A stretch of 64,000 nucleotides of DNA from Candidatus Limnocylindria bacterium (GCA_036389935.1 DASWCU010000064.1:3628-67627), one strand, 5' to 3'. Shown: positions 29,759 through 43,590, numbered from the stretch's first letter. Program-made: numbers and translations. The notes: generated from the sequence alone by a model not told the origin.

Positions 29759-30017
29759 GGCGAAGTGAGCGTACAGAGGGACAAAAGGAAAGGCGGCGGC
29801 ATCGCTGCCGTCGCCTTTGCCTCGGGTCTCACGAAGACTCGCTAGACCGCGATCACCTCAGTTGGATGCATTCCGGAAGCCTGAAGTGAGCACCACCGGG
29901 TCTTCGGATTCCCAGAGCTATCGCCCACTCCACATCACCTCCTTTCCTTCGCCGTTCATGCTCGCATCCGCCGGGTGGCGCGTCAATGTCGCCGTGGGAT
30001 CACCCAGCGGTGCGGGC

Positions 30018-31391
30018 TCAGGGGAGGTACGGCAGGGGGTCGACCGCGCGGCCGTTGACGATCGTCATGAAGTGCAGGTGCGGCCCGGTGGTCCATCCGG
30101 TCATCCCCTCGTAGGCGATGACCTGGCCGGCCTGCACGAACTGCCCGACCGACACGATCGGCGGCTTCGCGCGATCGTCGAGGTGCCCGTACAGCGTCGA
30201 GAAGTTGCTTCCGTGCGCGATGATCACGACCGTCGCCGTGTCGCCCGAGGCGAGGTACGGCTTGCCCACGGTGACCACGCGGCCCGGTGCCGCGGCGACG
30301 ATGGGCGAGTACATCGGCGCGGCGATGTCGAGCCCGTTGTGGAAGCCGCCCCAGCGCGCGCCGAATCCCGACGTGATGACGCCGCGCAGCGGCCAGGTCG
30401 CCAGCTTCTGGCCATTGAAAGTCCCGAGACCGGAGCGCGCGGCGAGCTGCGCGGCGAGCTGCTCGTACGCGGCCTCGGCGCGCTCGAGCTGCTTGTTGAG
30501 GGTGGCCGTCTCCTGATCGGCCTTCGCGGCGAGGCCGAGGGAGTTCTGGCGGTTCGCGGCGGCATCGCTCCGCAGCGCGGCCTGCGTGTTGATCGCGACC
30601 TGCGCTTGGCGGACGAGATCGTCGAAGCGTGCCTTCTGCGCGGCGAGCCGTTCGCGTTGTTGGGTGATCTCGTCCTGCAGGCCGGCGATCTCCTGCGCCT
30701 TGGCGGCGGTGGACTCCTGCTTCTTCGTCGTGTCGGCGCGGATGGTGCGGATGTCGTTCGCCAGCTGGACGTCCTGACGGTTGATGACCACCATCGCCTG
30801 CACACGGCTCGCGAACTCGGACAGCGAGCCCGACGACAGAAGCATCTCGAGCGGGCTGATCTGCGCCTGCAGGTAGGTCGTCTTCAGATGCTTCGCGTAG
30901 AGGTCCTCGCGCCGCGCGAGCTGGCGCGTCGCCTCGTCGACCTGTGCCTTCAGAGAATCGACGAGGGCCTTGGTCTCGTTCAGCTGGAACGTCACGAGCT
31001 GCAGCTGCTGCTCGGCGATCTCGATCTCGTACCCGAGCTGCTCCGCCTCGGATCGCGCGGCGGCCTGTTTCGTGGCGAGGTCGCTGATCCGCGCGTTCGC
31101 GGCTCGGACCGCGGTCTCGAACTGGTTCGCGGCCTCGCGGTAGCGCTCGCTGTTCTGCCGCGAGACGGAGACCGCGCGCTCGAGCTCCTGCTTCTTCTTC
31201 AGCGCGTCGGTGAGGTCGTCGTCGCCGGAAGACGGGAGCTGCTGCCCGACGAACAGGGCGAGGACCGACAGCACGACGATCGTCGTGCGGAGGACGCGTC
31301 CTCCTACCCCACCTCCCCGGCTCGTCCGGGGAGTACCCAATGCGGACGGATGGTCGCACCCCGGCGCACCCTCGGTCAAGGCTCGGCTCAC
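30018..31391 (-). CDS. M23 peptidase with long coiled-coil N-domain (EnvC-like FtsEX partner)
   Basis: Coiled-coil region then LytM/M23 'HNGLDIA...GHLHF'; I place the start at the GTG in a GTGA overlap with the ftsX stop, because no other canonical start precedes the signal/TM segment. Confidence 0.65.
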   Translation of the reverse strand: MSRALTEGAPGCDHPSALGTPRTSRGGGVGGRVLRTTIVVLSVLALFVGQQLPSSGDDDLTDALKKKQELERAVSVSRQNSERYREAANQFETAVRAANARISDLATKQAAARSEAEQLGYEIEIAEQQLQLVTFQLNETKALVDSLKAQVDEATRQLARREDLYAKHLKTTYLQAQISPLEMLLSSGSLSEFASRVQAMVVINRQDVQLANDIRTIRADTTKKQESTAAKAQEIAGLQDEITQQRERLAAQKARFDDLVRQAQVAINTQAALRSDAAANRQNSLGLAAKADQETATLNKQLERAEAAYEQLAAQLAARSGLGTFNGQKLATWPLRGVITSGFGARWGGFHNGLDIAAPMYSPIVAAAPGRVVTVGKPYLASGDTATVVIIAHGSNFSTLYGHLDDRAKPPIVSVGQFVQAGQVIAYEGMTGWTTGPHLHFMTIVNGRAVDPLPYLP

Positions 31392-32278
31392 TTGGCCAGA
31401 TGTGTCCGGACGGAGAAGGAGGCCCCGCCGGCGCCGACCAGGAGCGCGAAGCCGAACACCCCCAGGACGAGCTGGAGCATGAAGCTCGCGCCCAGCGAGA
31501 TCGGCAGGATGTCGAGGAAGCCGATGAGCGCCGTGGTGACCGGACCGGATGCGGCGAGGATCACCACGAGGGACACCAAGGCCCCGAAGGCGCCGACGAG
31601 CATGCCCTCGAGGACGAACGGCCAGCTGACGAGCCAGTCGGTCGCGCCGACGAGCTGCATGATCTCGATCTCGTCGCGGCGCGCGTGAACGGCGATCCGG
31701 ATCGTGTTCACGATCACGAAGAGCGCGACGAACAGCATCATCCCGAGGACGGCGATGCCGCCGAACGACAGGACGCGGGTGATCGTCAGGAGCTTCTCGA
31801 CGACGGTCGGGTTGTCGATCACGTCCGACACGACGCCGCGGCCGATCTCCTCCTTGAGCGAGGCGGCCACGCGCGGCGTGTCCTGCGCGCTCGCCATCTT
31901 GATCTCCAGCGACTGCGGGAGCGGATTCGTCCCGATGTCGGCGAGCTCGAAGTCCTTCTTCCGCGCGGCGATGTCCTGGAGGCGCTGGAGGGCCTGCTCT
32001 TTGGTCACGTAGTCGACGTGCGACACCGCGGGGTCGGTCTCGATGCGGGCCTTGAGCGCGAGGATGTCGGATGGCTTCGCGCCGTCCTCGAGGTAGAGCA
32101 CCAGCTCCACCTTGGACTCCAGCACCGTGACGGCGGCCTGCAGGCCCCGGTCGGTCACGATGAAGAACGCGAACAGCAGCAGCATCAGCGACACCGTGAG
32201 GGTCGCCGCGATGCTCATCACCGGGTTGCGCCAGAAGCCCTGCCACGCCGCGGTGAAGATGTAGGCGAGGCGTCTCAT
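31388..32278 (-). CDS. ftsX: cell division permease-like protein FtsX
   Basis: FtsX topology, 296 aa, ATGA-coupled to ftsE. Confidence 0.8.
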   Translation of the reverse strand: MRRLAYIFTAAWQGFWRNPVMSIAATLTVSLMLLLFAFFIVTDRGLQAAVTVLESKVELVLYLEDGAKPSDILALKARIETDPAVSHVDYVTKEQALQRLQDIAARKKDFELADIGTNPLPQSLEIKMASAQDTPRVAASLKEEIGRGVVSDVIDNPTVVEKLLTITRVLSFGGIAVLGMMLFVALFVIVNTIRIAVHARRDEIEIMQLVGATDWLVSWPFVLEGMLVGAFGALVSLVVILAASGPVTTALIGFLDILPISLGASFMLQLVLGVFGFALLVGAGGASFSVRTHLAK

Positions 32279-32955
32279 GCCGCGTACAGCCCTTCGCGCT
32301 CGTCGCGGACGACGGAGCCGTGGTCCAGATGGATCACCCGGCGACGCAGGGCGTTCACGATCTCCGCGTTGTGGGTGGCGATCACGAGCGTCGTCCCGAG
32401 CTCGTTCACGCGGGTCAGCAGCTTGATGATCTCCCAGCTCGTCACCGGATCGAGGTTGCCGGTCGGCTCGTCGGCGATGAGGACGCGCGGCCGGTTCACG
32501 AGCGCGCGCGCGATCGCCACTCGCTGCTGCTCGCCGCCCGAGAGCTCGCGCGGGAAGTGGGTGCGCCGCTGCGTGAGGCCGACGAGGGCCAGGACGCGCT
32601 CGGTCTCCTCGCGCACGACGTGGCCTTCGTGCCCGGTCACGAGGAGCGCGAAGCCGATGTTCTCGGCGACGGTCTTGGTCGGGAGCAGCTTGAAATCCTG
32701 GAAGACGACGCCCACGGAGCGCCGCAGGTGCGGGATCTGACCGCGCCGCAGGCGCGCGATGTCCAGGCCGTCCACCAGAACGCGCCCGGTCGTGGGCAGC
32801 TCGGACCGGATCAGAAGGCGGATGAGGGTCGACTTGCCGGCCCCCGACGATCCGACGAGGAACGTGAACTCACCGTCCTCGATCGTGAGGTCGACGTCCT
32901 GCAATGCGAACGTCCCGTTCGGATACCGCTTGCTCACATCCTCGAGCCTGATCAA
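32275..32955 (-). CDS. ftsE: cell division ATP-binding protein FtsE
   Basis: Walker A 'GSSGAGKST', 'LSGGEQQRVAIARA', 'LIADEPTGNLD'. Confidence 0.9.
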   Translation of the reverse strand: MIRLEDVSKRYPNGTFALQDVDLTIEDGEFTFLVGSSGAGKSTLIRLLIRSELPTTGRVLVDGLDIARLRRGQIPHLRRSVGVVFQDFKLLPTKTVAENIGFALLVTGHEGHVVREETERVLALVGLTQRRTHFPRELSGGEQQRVAIARALVNRPRVLIADEPTGNLDPVTSWEIIKLLTRVNELGTTLVIATHNAEIVNALRRRVIHLDHGSVVRDEREGLYAA

Positions 32956-33154
32956 GGCCTCGTGATCCCTCCGCTCAGCTCACGCTCGGACGGCGATGGT
33001 CCGGCGGCTAGACCCGCATCGACCGTAACGGGGTGTGCGCGCGCCGCGCAACGGGGCCAGGCCCGGAATTCGTACCAAAGGGACCCACAGGCAGGCGAAA
33101 ACGTACGCCCAGCGAACACGGATTGCCCGTGCTGCTCTGTGTCGAGCGAGCGAG

Positions 33155-36100
33155 CTACTGCCCGCCGGAGAGTCCGAGGCCGGGCTGCGACGGCCGGTTC
33201 GTGGCGAACGTCGCGATCGACGCGATCTTCGCCTCGCCGGTGGCCATCACCTTCACGCCCTGGGTCGCGCGGCCGAGCGCGCGGATCTGCTCGATGGGCA
33301 CCCGGATGACGACGCCGGTCGTCGTGATGAGCAGGATCTCTTCGCTCTTCTCGTCGACGACCTGGATCGCGGCGACGCCGCCGGTCTTGTCGGAGAGTGA
33401 AGCGAGGATGACGCCCTGGCCGCCGCGCTTGTGCGTCGGGAACTCCTCGACCGCGGTGCGCTTGCCATAGCCGTTCTGCGTCACCGACAGCACTTCGGTG
33501 CGCGCGACCGCGACGCCCATCCCGATGACCTCGTCGCCTTTCGCGAGACGGATGCCGGTGACGCCCTGCGTCTGGCGGCCCATCGGACGCGTGTCGGTCG
33601 CCTTGAAGCAGATCGCCTTGCCTTTCCGCGTCGCGAGCACGATCCGATCCTTGTCCCCGCAGGCCGCGACCCACGCGAGCTCATCCCCCTTGCGGAGCGC
33701 GATCGCGATGAGCCCGGCGCGCCGGACGTTGCCGTACTCGCTCAGCGGGGTCTTCTTGATGAAGCCCTTGCGCGTGGCCATGACGAGATGCTGGGCGCCG
33801 CTGCCCTCGCGGATCGCGATGAACGCCGAGACGCGCTCGCCGGACTGCATCGCCTCGAGGATGTTCTGGATCGGGATCCCCTTGGCGGTCCGGCTCGCGT
33901 CCGGAAGCTCGAAGACCTTGAGCGCGAACACGCGACCGCGGTCGGTGAAGACGTAGAGGCGATCGTGGGTGCGGGCGACGAGGAGATGGTCGACGTCGTC
34001 CTCCTCGCGGGTCGCCATGCCGATCACGCCGCGGCCGCCGCGATGCTGGGCCTTGTACGTCGAGAGCGGCATCCGCTTCACGTAGTTGCGGCTCGAGACC
34101 GTGACGACGACGTCCTCGTCGGCGACGAGGTCGGCATCGGTGAGCTCGCGGTTCCGGTCGTCCAGGATCTTCGTCCGCCGGTCGTCGCCGTACTTCTCCG
34201 CGAGGTCGTCCATGTCCTGCTTGATCAGGAACAGCACCTTCTTCGGATTCGCGAGGATCGATTCGAGCTCGGCGATCGTCTTGATGATCTCGCGGTACTC
34301 GTCCTCGACCTTCTGCCGCTCGAGCCCGGTGAGCCGGCGCAGCTGCATCTCGAGGATCGCCTTGGCCTGGGCCTCGGAGAGGCCGAACTTCTCGCGGAGG
34401 TTGTTGAGCGCGGTCTCGGGTGTCTTGCTCGCGCGGATCGTCTTGACCACCTCGTCGATGTGGTCGAGCGCGATCTTGAAGCCCTCGAGGATGTGCGCGC
34501 GCTCGCGCGCCTTCGTGAGATCGAACTCGGTGCGCCGGCGGATGACCTCGCGGCGGTACTCGATGTGCAGCCGGAGCACGTCCTTGAGCGAGAGCGTCTT
34601 GGGCTGCGAGTCGACGAGCGCCAGCATGTTCAGGTTGAACGCCGACTGCATCGCGGTGTGCTTGTACAGGTTGTTGAGCACGCGCTCGGCGCTGTCGTCG
34701 CGCTTCACCTCGATGACGATCCGCATGCCGTCGCGGTCGCTCTCGTCACGGATGTCGGAGATGCCCTGCAGGCGCTTCGCCTGGACGAGCTCGGCGATCT
34801 TCTCGATGAGCGAAGCCTTGTTCACGGCGTACGGGAGCTCGCTGACGATGATCGCCTGGCGGCCGCCCTTCATGTCCTCGACGAACGCGCGGGCGCGCAT
34901 GAGAATGCGTCCGCGCCCGTTCGCGTAGGCGCGGCGGATCGCGTCGACCCGCTCCGTCGCGCCGGTCTCGACGTTCTTCTGCTCGTCGTAGCGGTAGATG
35001 GTGCCGCCGCCGGGGAAATCGGGACCGAGGACCGTATCGCAGAGGTCGTCGGTGGTGAGCTCGGGATCGTCCACGAGCTTCTTCACCGCGGCGGTGACCT
35101 CACGAAGGTTGTGCGGCGGGATGTTGCTCGCCATGCCGACCGCGATGCCGGTCGAGCCGTTCACGAGGAGGTTGGGCAGCCGCGCGGGCAGCACGCTCGG
35201 CTGCATGTGGCGGTTGTCGTAGTTCGGGTACCAGTCGACGGTCTCACGCTCGATGTCGGCGAGCAGCTCCGCGGCGATCATCGACGGACGAGCTTCGGTG
35301 TTGTGGCTGACGAACCCGTTCGTGATGTAGCTGTGGTCGTCGGTGTCGACGCGCAGGGAATAGACGGGCTGCGCGCCCGCGTCCTCGATCGACGCGACCT
35401 CGGCGTAGTAGTACGTGCCGTCGACGAGCGGCGCGATCACGCAACGGACCTCGTCGTTGGTGATATGGGCGAGGATGGTCTCGCGGTCACGTTCCCAGCG
35501 CTCGATCCGGTCGATGTTGTGGCGGTTCAGCCAATCCCGATCGACCCATCGGCCGGAGCGCTCGTGCCGGACGTACGCGGCGACGAAGGGGACCGCGTCC
35601 GAGCTGAGCGCGGTGCTGGCGAGCGGAATGGCGGCGAGCTGACCCTCCAGCTTGCGCTGCTTGGCTCCGTGGAAGCCGACCGCGGTGGCGAACCGGCGTC
35701 CGTCGCGCCGGTTCGTGATGACGACCTTGATCTCGCCGTCTGCGTGGTGGCATTGCTTCGACACGACGCCGAGCTCGAGCAGGAGCTGCTGCACGTCGCT
35801 CGCGAGGCCCGCGCTTCGGGTCGAGTAGCTGATCTGGATCGCGACGCGGCTGCCGTTCCGCAGGAGCGAAGACGAGCCGTCACCTTCGAAGAGCGCCCGG
35901 AGGAACGCGGCCTTGAACGCCGGTCGGGCCGCCCAGACGAACGACGGGACGCGCTTCGCGGCGCTGCGCGCGCCGACCAGCGCCGCGAGCGGGCTCGTGC
36001 GGAGGGCCGTCATGTCCTGGACGTCGAGCTCGTGGATGAGGCTCGCCGAACGGATCGTCCGCGAGTAGCTGTATCGCCTGCCGCCGACGATCTCGTCGTA

Positions 36101-37411
36101 CGCGCCCACGACGGCGTCGAAGTAGTCGCGGTCCAGGTCGTTGGATCCGGCGCGCCGCTCGGAGACCCAGCCCTCGGAGATCATGCCGCCGGCCAGAGTC
36201 GCGAGCGCAAGCTCGCGCCCCGTCAGCACGCCGCCGCTCGGGAGCGGCCGCCTGAGCATCGCCACGCGGTCGCCAGGTGCGAGCTCGGCGAGGAGCTTCC
36301 AGATCAGCATCGGCACGCCGGCGACCGGCACGAGGCACAGGACCGGATGGTTTCGGGTGCCGGTCAGCTCGTAGCCCTCGCGTGTCCGCAGCCGGAGCGT
36401 CGGGTGCACGCCGGAGTGGAAGAGCTTCGATGCCATCACGGGCTCGCCGCGACGATCCAGCGCCCGTAGGTCCACGTCGTTGTCGGACTCGGGCCGCACG
36501 TTGGTGAAGATGTCCCCGATCGGCGTCGTTCCGGTCGCCGTGCGGATCAGTGTGTCGGCGGTCACGCAGTAACGCATTGCCGCTGGCGGATCGTCATCGA
36601 TCGAGTTGTGCACGAACACGCCGGCGGCGAGCGCGAAGTTCTGGGTCACGTCGACGGTGAGGTCGTACACGTCCGCCCGGCCCGCGGGCTCGACCGACGC
36701 GACGGACTGCGAGAGGCTGGCTGGGATCGGGAACGCGCCCGTGCGGTGAAGGCGTTCGGGGATCGCCGTGCGCGCGAACGGCATGAGCTGGTCCTTCGGC
36801 TTGAGCTTCTCCGCCTCGCGGTACGTGCCGCCGCGCAGCATGAAGCGATGGTCGGGCGTGCAGACGATCTCCACGCCCGAGGCGAGGGTCACCTTGACCA
36901 CCGGATCGTTGCGGCGCACCAGGCGCGGGGCGCGGATCGGCTTGATGCGCACGTTGCGGTGCGAATCGAGGGTGAACACCTCGGCCCGCACGCCCCGATG
37001 CACCATGTCGACGAGCTCCACGAAGGTGCGCTGCTCGCCGTTCACGAGCTCGATCTTCGTGTCGCCGGCGAAGCAGCCGAAGTTGCCCTGCCCCTGGATC
37101 GGTGGGTAGCGCATGGTGAAGTCCTGCGCGAAGCGCGCGAGGGCGTCGTAGATCGGCGCCTCGCCGTGCGGGTGATACTTCCCCATCACGTCGCCGACGA
37201 TCGCCGCGCACTTGCGGTATCCGCGATCGGCCCGCAGCCCCATCTCGTGCATCGACCAGAGGATCCGGCGCTGCACCGGCTTCAGTCCGTCGCGGACATC
37301 CGGCAGCGCGCGCGCGACGATGACCGTCATCGCGTAGTCGAGGTAGGCCTTGCGCATCTCGACCTGCAGGTCCACGTTGACGATGCGTTCCTGCCGCGGC
37401 TCTTCGATCAC
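33155..37411 (-). CDS. gyrA: DNA gyrase subunit A precursor (1418 aa) containing two inteins; mature extein ~838 aa
   Basis: N-terminus 'YAMTVIVARALPDVRDGLKPVQRR'; extein motif split as QGNFG|intein1|SIDDDPPAAMRY|intein2|TEARP; C-terminal GyrA beta-pinwheel repeats; GTG start in a GTGA overlap with the upstream thioesterase. Confidence 0.9.
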   Translation of the reverse strand: MIEEPRQERIVNVDLQVEMRKAYLDYAMTVIVARALPDVRDGLKPVQRRILWSMHEMGLRADRGYRKCAAIVGDVMGKYHPHGEAPIYDALARFAQDFTMRYPPIQGQGNFGCFAGDTKIELVNGEQRTFVELVDMVHRGVRAEVFTLDSHRNVRIKPIRAPRLVRRNDPVVKVTLASGVEIVCTPDHRFMLRGGTYREAEKLKPKDQLMPFARTAIPERLHRTGAFPIPASLSQSVASVEPAGRADVYDLTVDVTQNFALAAGVFVHNSIDDDPPAAMRYCVTADTLIRTATGTTPIGDIFTNVRPESDNDVDLRALDRRGEPVMASKLFHSGVHPTLRLRTREGYELTGTRNHPVLCLVPVAGVPMLIWKLLAELAPGDRVAMLRRPLPSGGVLTGRELALATLAGGMISEGWVSERRAGSNDLDRDYFDAVVGAYDEIVGGRRYSYSRTIRSASLIHELDVQDMTALRTSPLAALVGARSAAKRVPSFVWAARPAFKAAFLRALFEGDGSSSLLRNGSRVAIQISYSTRSAGLASDVQQLLLELGVVSKQCHHADGEIKVVITNRRDGRRFATAVGFHGAKQRKLEGQLAAIPLASTALSSDAVPFVAAYVRHERSGRWVDRDWLNRHNIDRIERWERDRETILAHITNDEVRCVIAPLVDGTYYYAEVASIEDAGAQPVYSLRVDTDDHSYITNGFVSHNTEARPSMIAAELLADIERETVDWYPNYDNRHMQPSVLPARLPNLLVNGSTGIAVGMASNIPPHNLREVTAAVKKLVDDPELTTDDLCDTVLGPDFPGGGTIYRYDEQKNVETGATERVDAIRRAYANGRGRILMRARAFVEDMKGGRQAIIVSELPYAVNKASLIEKIAELVQAKRLQGISDIRDESDRDGMRIVIEVKRDDSAERVLNNLYKHTAMQSAFNLNMLALVDSQPKTLSLKDVLRLHIEYRREVIRRRTEFDLTKARERAHILEGFKIALDHIDEVVKTIRASKTPETALNNLREKFGLSEAQAKAILEMQLRRLTGLERQKVEDEYREIIKTIAELESILANPKKVLFLIKQDMDDLAEKYGDDRRTKILDDRNRELTDADLVADEDVVVTVSSRNYVKRMPLSTYKAQHRGGRGVIGMATREEDDVDHLLVARTHDRLYVFTDRGRVFALKVFELPDASRTAKGIPIQNILEAMQSGERVSAFIAIREGSGAQHLVMATRKGFIKKTPLSEYGNVRRAGLIAIALRKGDELAWVAACGDKDRIVLATRKGKAICFKATDTRPMGRQTQGVTGIRLAKGDEVIGMGVAVARTEVLSVTQNGYGKRTAVEEFPTHKRGGQGVILASLSDKTGGVAAIQVVDEKSEEILLITTTGVVIRVPIEQIRALGRATQGVKVMATGEAKIASIATFATNRPSQPGLGLSGGQ
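35300..36568 (-). mobile_element. GyrA intein (423 aa) with LAGLIDADG-type homing-endonuclease region at the classical AMRY/TEAR site
   Basis: Begins 'CVTADTLIRTATG', ends 'YSLRVDTDDHSYITNGFVSHN' followed by Thr +1; strong similarity to mycobacterial GyrA inteins (Mxe/Mle); internal 'LRALFEGDGS' and 'LAGGMISEGW' LAGLIDADG-like blocks. Confidence 0.85.
36605..37075 (-). mobile_element. GyrA mini-intein (157 aa, no endonuclease domain) inserted between GNFG and SIDDD
   Basis: Begins 'CFAGDTKIELVNG', ends 'DVYDLTVDVTQNFALAAGVFVHN' followed by Ser +1; canonical Cys1 and His-Asn C-terminus; boundaries checked codon by codon. Confidence 0.75.
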
Positions 37412-37931
37412 GTGCGGACGTGCTCCCGTTCTCGGGCTTCGGCGTCGACCGCCGCGCGGACCCGGGCGAAGGCCTCGTCGGTGCGCGAGTAGCGGCGCTC
37501 GAGCTCACGGCGCTGGTCGTCGGGCATGCGAAGGAACAACGCGGTCGCGTCGGCCAGGATCGCGCCGTCGGCGACGCGCGTGATCGCGCCCGTCGTCTCG
37601 ATCGCCCGGCCGCGGTCCCGCACGACGGTGCCGGTCACCGCGAGCTCTTCCCCCACCACCGCCGGCTGGCGGAAGGTCACCGCCAGCTTCGCGGTGACGC
37701 CCCAGAGGCCCTGATGGAAGATCGCCCAGCCCATCGCCTCGTCGAGGAGCGCGGCGAGGACGCCGCCGTGCAGCGCGCCGTCATAGCCCTGGTGCCGCTG
37801 CAGCGCGATGTACCGCGCGGTCGCGCTGTTCTCCGCGACCTCGAAGTCGAGATGCAGCCCGGCCGGGTTCAACCGACCGCAGGCGAAGCACCAGTGGTCG
37901 AAGTCGACGCCGAGCTCGCTGAGCCGCGCCA

Positions 37932-37932
<1 letters not shown>
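37408..37932 (-). CDS. PaaI/hotdog-fold acyl-CoA thioesterase inserted between gyrB and gyrA
   Basis: 'HGGVLAALLDEAMGWA' hotdog thioesterase motif; GTG start overlaps the gyrB stop by 1 nt (TAGTG); stop overlaps the gyrA GTG (GTGA). Confidence 0.65.
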
Positions 37933-41682
<3,750 letters not shown>

Positions 41683-41701
41683 CGCAGGCCGGCGCGAGGC
41701 T

Positions 41702-41717
41702 TGTCACACGTGAAACA
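41702..41717. promoter_or_regulatory. parS-like centromere site upstream of parA
   Basis: TGTCACACGTGAAACA matches 14 of 16 positions of consensus parS TGTTTCACGTGAAACA. Confidence 0.55.
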
Positions 41718-41788
41718 CCGGCCAGGACGGCGCTTCGAGGACATCCTGTCATGCGCCACAGAGACTCGTATTGTAGCCGAAATGGTGC

Positions 41789-42430
41789 TTGCACCGCAAT
41801 GACAGACGCTGCGTGAACGCACTGCAGCTCACTTTGGCTGCAGGAGCTGCGCTCGGGAGCTACCTTCTCGGGAGCATTCCGACCGCGCTCCTGGTCGCCC
41901 GCTTGGCTGGTGGGCCGGATCCGCGGACGGTCGGGACGGGCAATGCCGGCGCGAGCAACGTGCTCGTCTCGAGCGGTGTGGTCGCCGGCCTGGCCGTCTT
42001 CCTGGTGGACGTCGCGAAGGGCCCGGTGGCTGCGACCTGTGGGCTCGTCCTGGCGGGCCCGTTCGGCGCCGCCGCGGCGGCCCTGGCCGCGATCGCCGGC
42101 CAGGTCGCGCCGGTGTTCGCATCGTTTCGCGGCGGGAAAGGGGTCGCGACGACGCTCGGCGCGTATCTCGCGCTCGTCCCGGCGTTCGCCGTGCTGGGCA
42201 TCGCCACGTGGCTCGTCGCGCTGCTGCTCGTCCGCCGTTTCGTGATCGCGACGCTGATCGCGATGATCGGACTCGCGGTGTCGGCGGTCGCGCTGGATGT
42301 CTATCCCGCGTTCGCGATCCCCGCCGCCCTCATCAGCCTCTTCGCGCATCGACGCGATATCGCTACGTGGCGACGCGGCGAGATGCGGACCGTCGGCGAA
42401 ACCCTGCGGGATAATCGGCCCGCACGGTGA
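41789..42430 (+). CDS. plsY: glycerol-3-phosphate acyltransferase PlsY
   Basis: 'GSIPTALLVARL', 'GTGNAGASNV', 'FRGGKGVATTLG' PlsY motifs. Confidence 0.75.
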   Translation: MHRNDRRCVNALQLTLAAGAALGSYLLGSIPTALLVARLAGGPDPRTVGTGNAGASNVLVSSGVVAGLAVFLVDVAKGPVAATCGLVLAGPFGAAAAALAAIAGQVAPVFASFRGGKGVATTLGAYLALVPAFAVLGIATWLVALLLVRRFVIATLIAMIGLAVSAVALDVYPAFAIPAALISLFAHRRDIATWRRGEMRTVGETLRDNRPAR

Positions 42431-43590
42431 GCGCGACGAACGCGGCACGCTGGAGCCCCGCGACGAAGCGCATCGTCGTGGCGGTCCTGGCCGTCGCCGT
42501 CCTGTACGTCGTGTACCGCGCCGGCGACATCGTCCGGCCGTTCATCTGGGCCACGATCGTCGGCTACATCCTGCTTCCGATCGTCCGCGTGCTGGAAATG
42601 CGGCTCGCGAACCACCGCGGGCTGGCCGCGGGGATCGTGTTCCTCGCGCTGCTCGTCCTCCTCGGCGCCGCCGGACGCGTGCTGGTGCCGCTCATCTTCG
42701 ATCAGGTCACCGGCTTCCAGCAGACGCTTCCGGCCCTCATCGCGAACGCCCAGAACACGCTGGCCGAGACCCTCGACCAGCTCGGGGCGGAGGACCTCGA
42801 TCCGATCGTGTTCGGGCCGATCGCGAACGGCCCGATCGAGCTCACGCGGAACGCCGCGAACCTCGCGGTCCCGTTCATCGTCGGCCTCTCGCACTTCCTG
42901 CTCGAGTTCCTGATCTTCCTGATCGCCACGTTCTTCGTGCTCCGCGACCTTCCCCGGCTCATCCGGTGGGTCGGCCGGCGCATCCCGACGGCGCATCGGC
43001 ACGAGGTGCTCCCGCTGGGCGAGCAGGTGAATCTCCTCCTCGGCCGCTACGTCCGCGGCCAGCTCATCCTCGTCGGGATCATGTGGACCGCTACCACAAT
43101 TGGTCTCACACTGTTCGGTGTCCCGTTCAGCCTGCTCCTCGGGTTCATGACCGGCGCGCTCGAGATCGTTCCGATCATCGGCCCGATCACCGCCGGCGCG
43201 ATCGCCTGCCTCGTCGCCCTCGGCCATCCGAATCCGTTCGGCTGGTCGCAGCTCGTCTACGTCGCGGCCATCGCGATCATGTACACGGTCCTCCGGCACG
43301 CGGAGGACTACTTCGTGATCCCGTTCGTCATTGGGCGGATCGTCAAGCTCCACCCGGCGGTGGTGATCTTCTCGCTCCTCACCGGTGGGGCCATCTTCGG
43401 GCTGCTCGGCGTGATCCTCGCGGTGCCTGCGGCGGCCACACTGCGGCTGGTGCTCATCTACGTCGGGGCGAAGCTCCGCGACGAGGACCCGTTCCCGCGG
43501 CTCGAGGAGGAGCTCGCGGCCGAGGGGGAACGTCCGCCCGAGCCGGCAGCCACCGGCATCCACCCGGTCGGAGGGCGCCTGCGCTCGTAG
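42427..43590 (+). CDS. AI-2E family (PerM/UPF0118) membrane transporter
   Basis: 387 aa, 8-TM AI-2E pattern; GTG start in a GTGA overlap with the plsY stop. Confidence 0.75.
   Translation: MSATNAARWSPATKRIVVAVLAVAVLYVVYRAGDIVRPFIWATIVGYILLPIVRVLEMRLANHRGLAAGIVFLALLVLLGAAGRVLVPLIFDQVTGFQQTLPALIANAQNTLAETLDQLGAEDLDPIVFGPIANGPIELTRNAANLAVPFIVGLSHFLLEFLIFLIATFFVLRDLPRLIRWVGRRIPTAHRHEVLPLGEQVNLLLGRYVRGQLILVGIMWTATTIGLTLFGVPFSLLLGFMTGALEIVPIIGPITAGAIACLVALGHPNPFGWSQLVYVAAIAIMYTVLRHAEDYFVIPFVIGRIVKLHPAVVIFSLLTGGAIFGLLGVILAVPAAATLRLVLIYVGAKLRDEDPFPRLEEELAAEGERPPEPAATGIHPVGGRLRS

Noticed and set aside
33155-37411. 1418-aa GyrA read as a gene fusion, duplication or frameshifted assembly
   Set aside because: The extra sequence resolves exactly into two in-frame elements bounded by Cys...His-Asn/Ser and Cys...His-Asn/Thr, with intein blocks. 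The flanking extein residues rejoin into the canonical GNFGSIDxDPPAAMRYTEAR motif.
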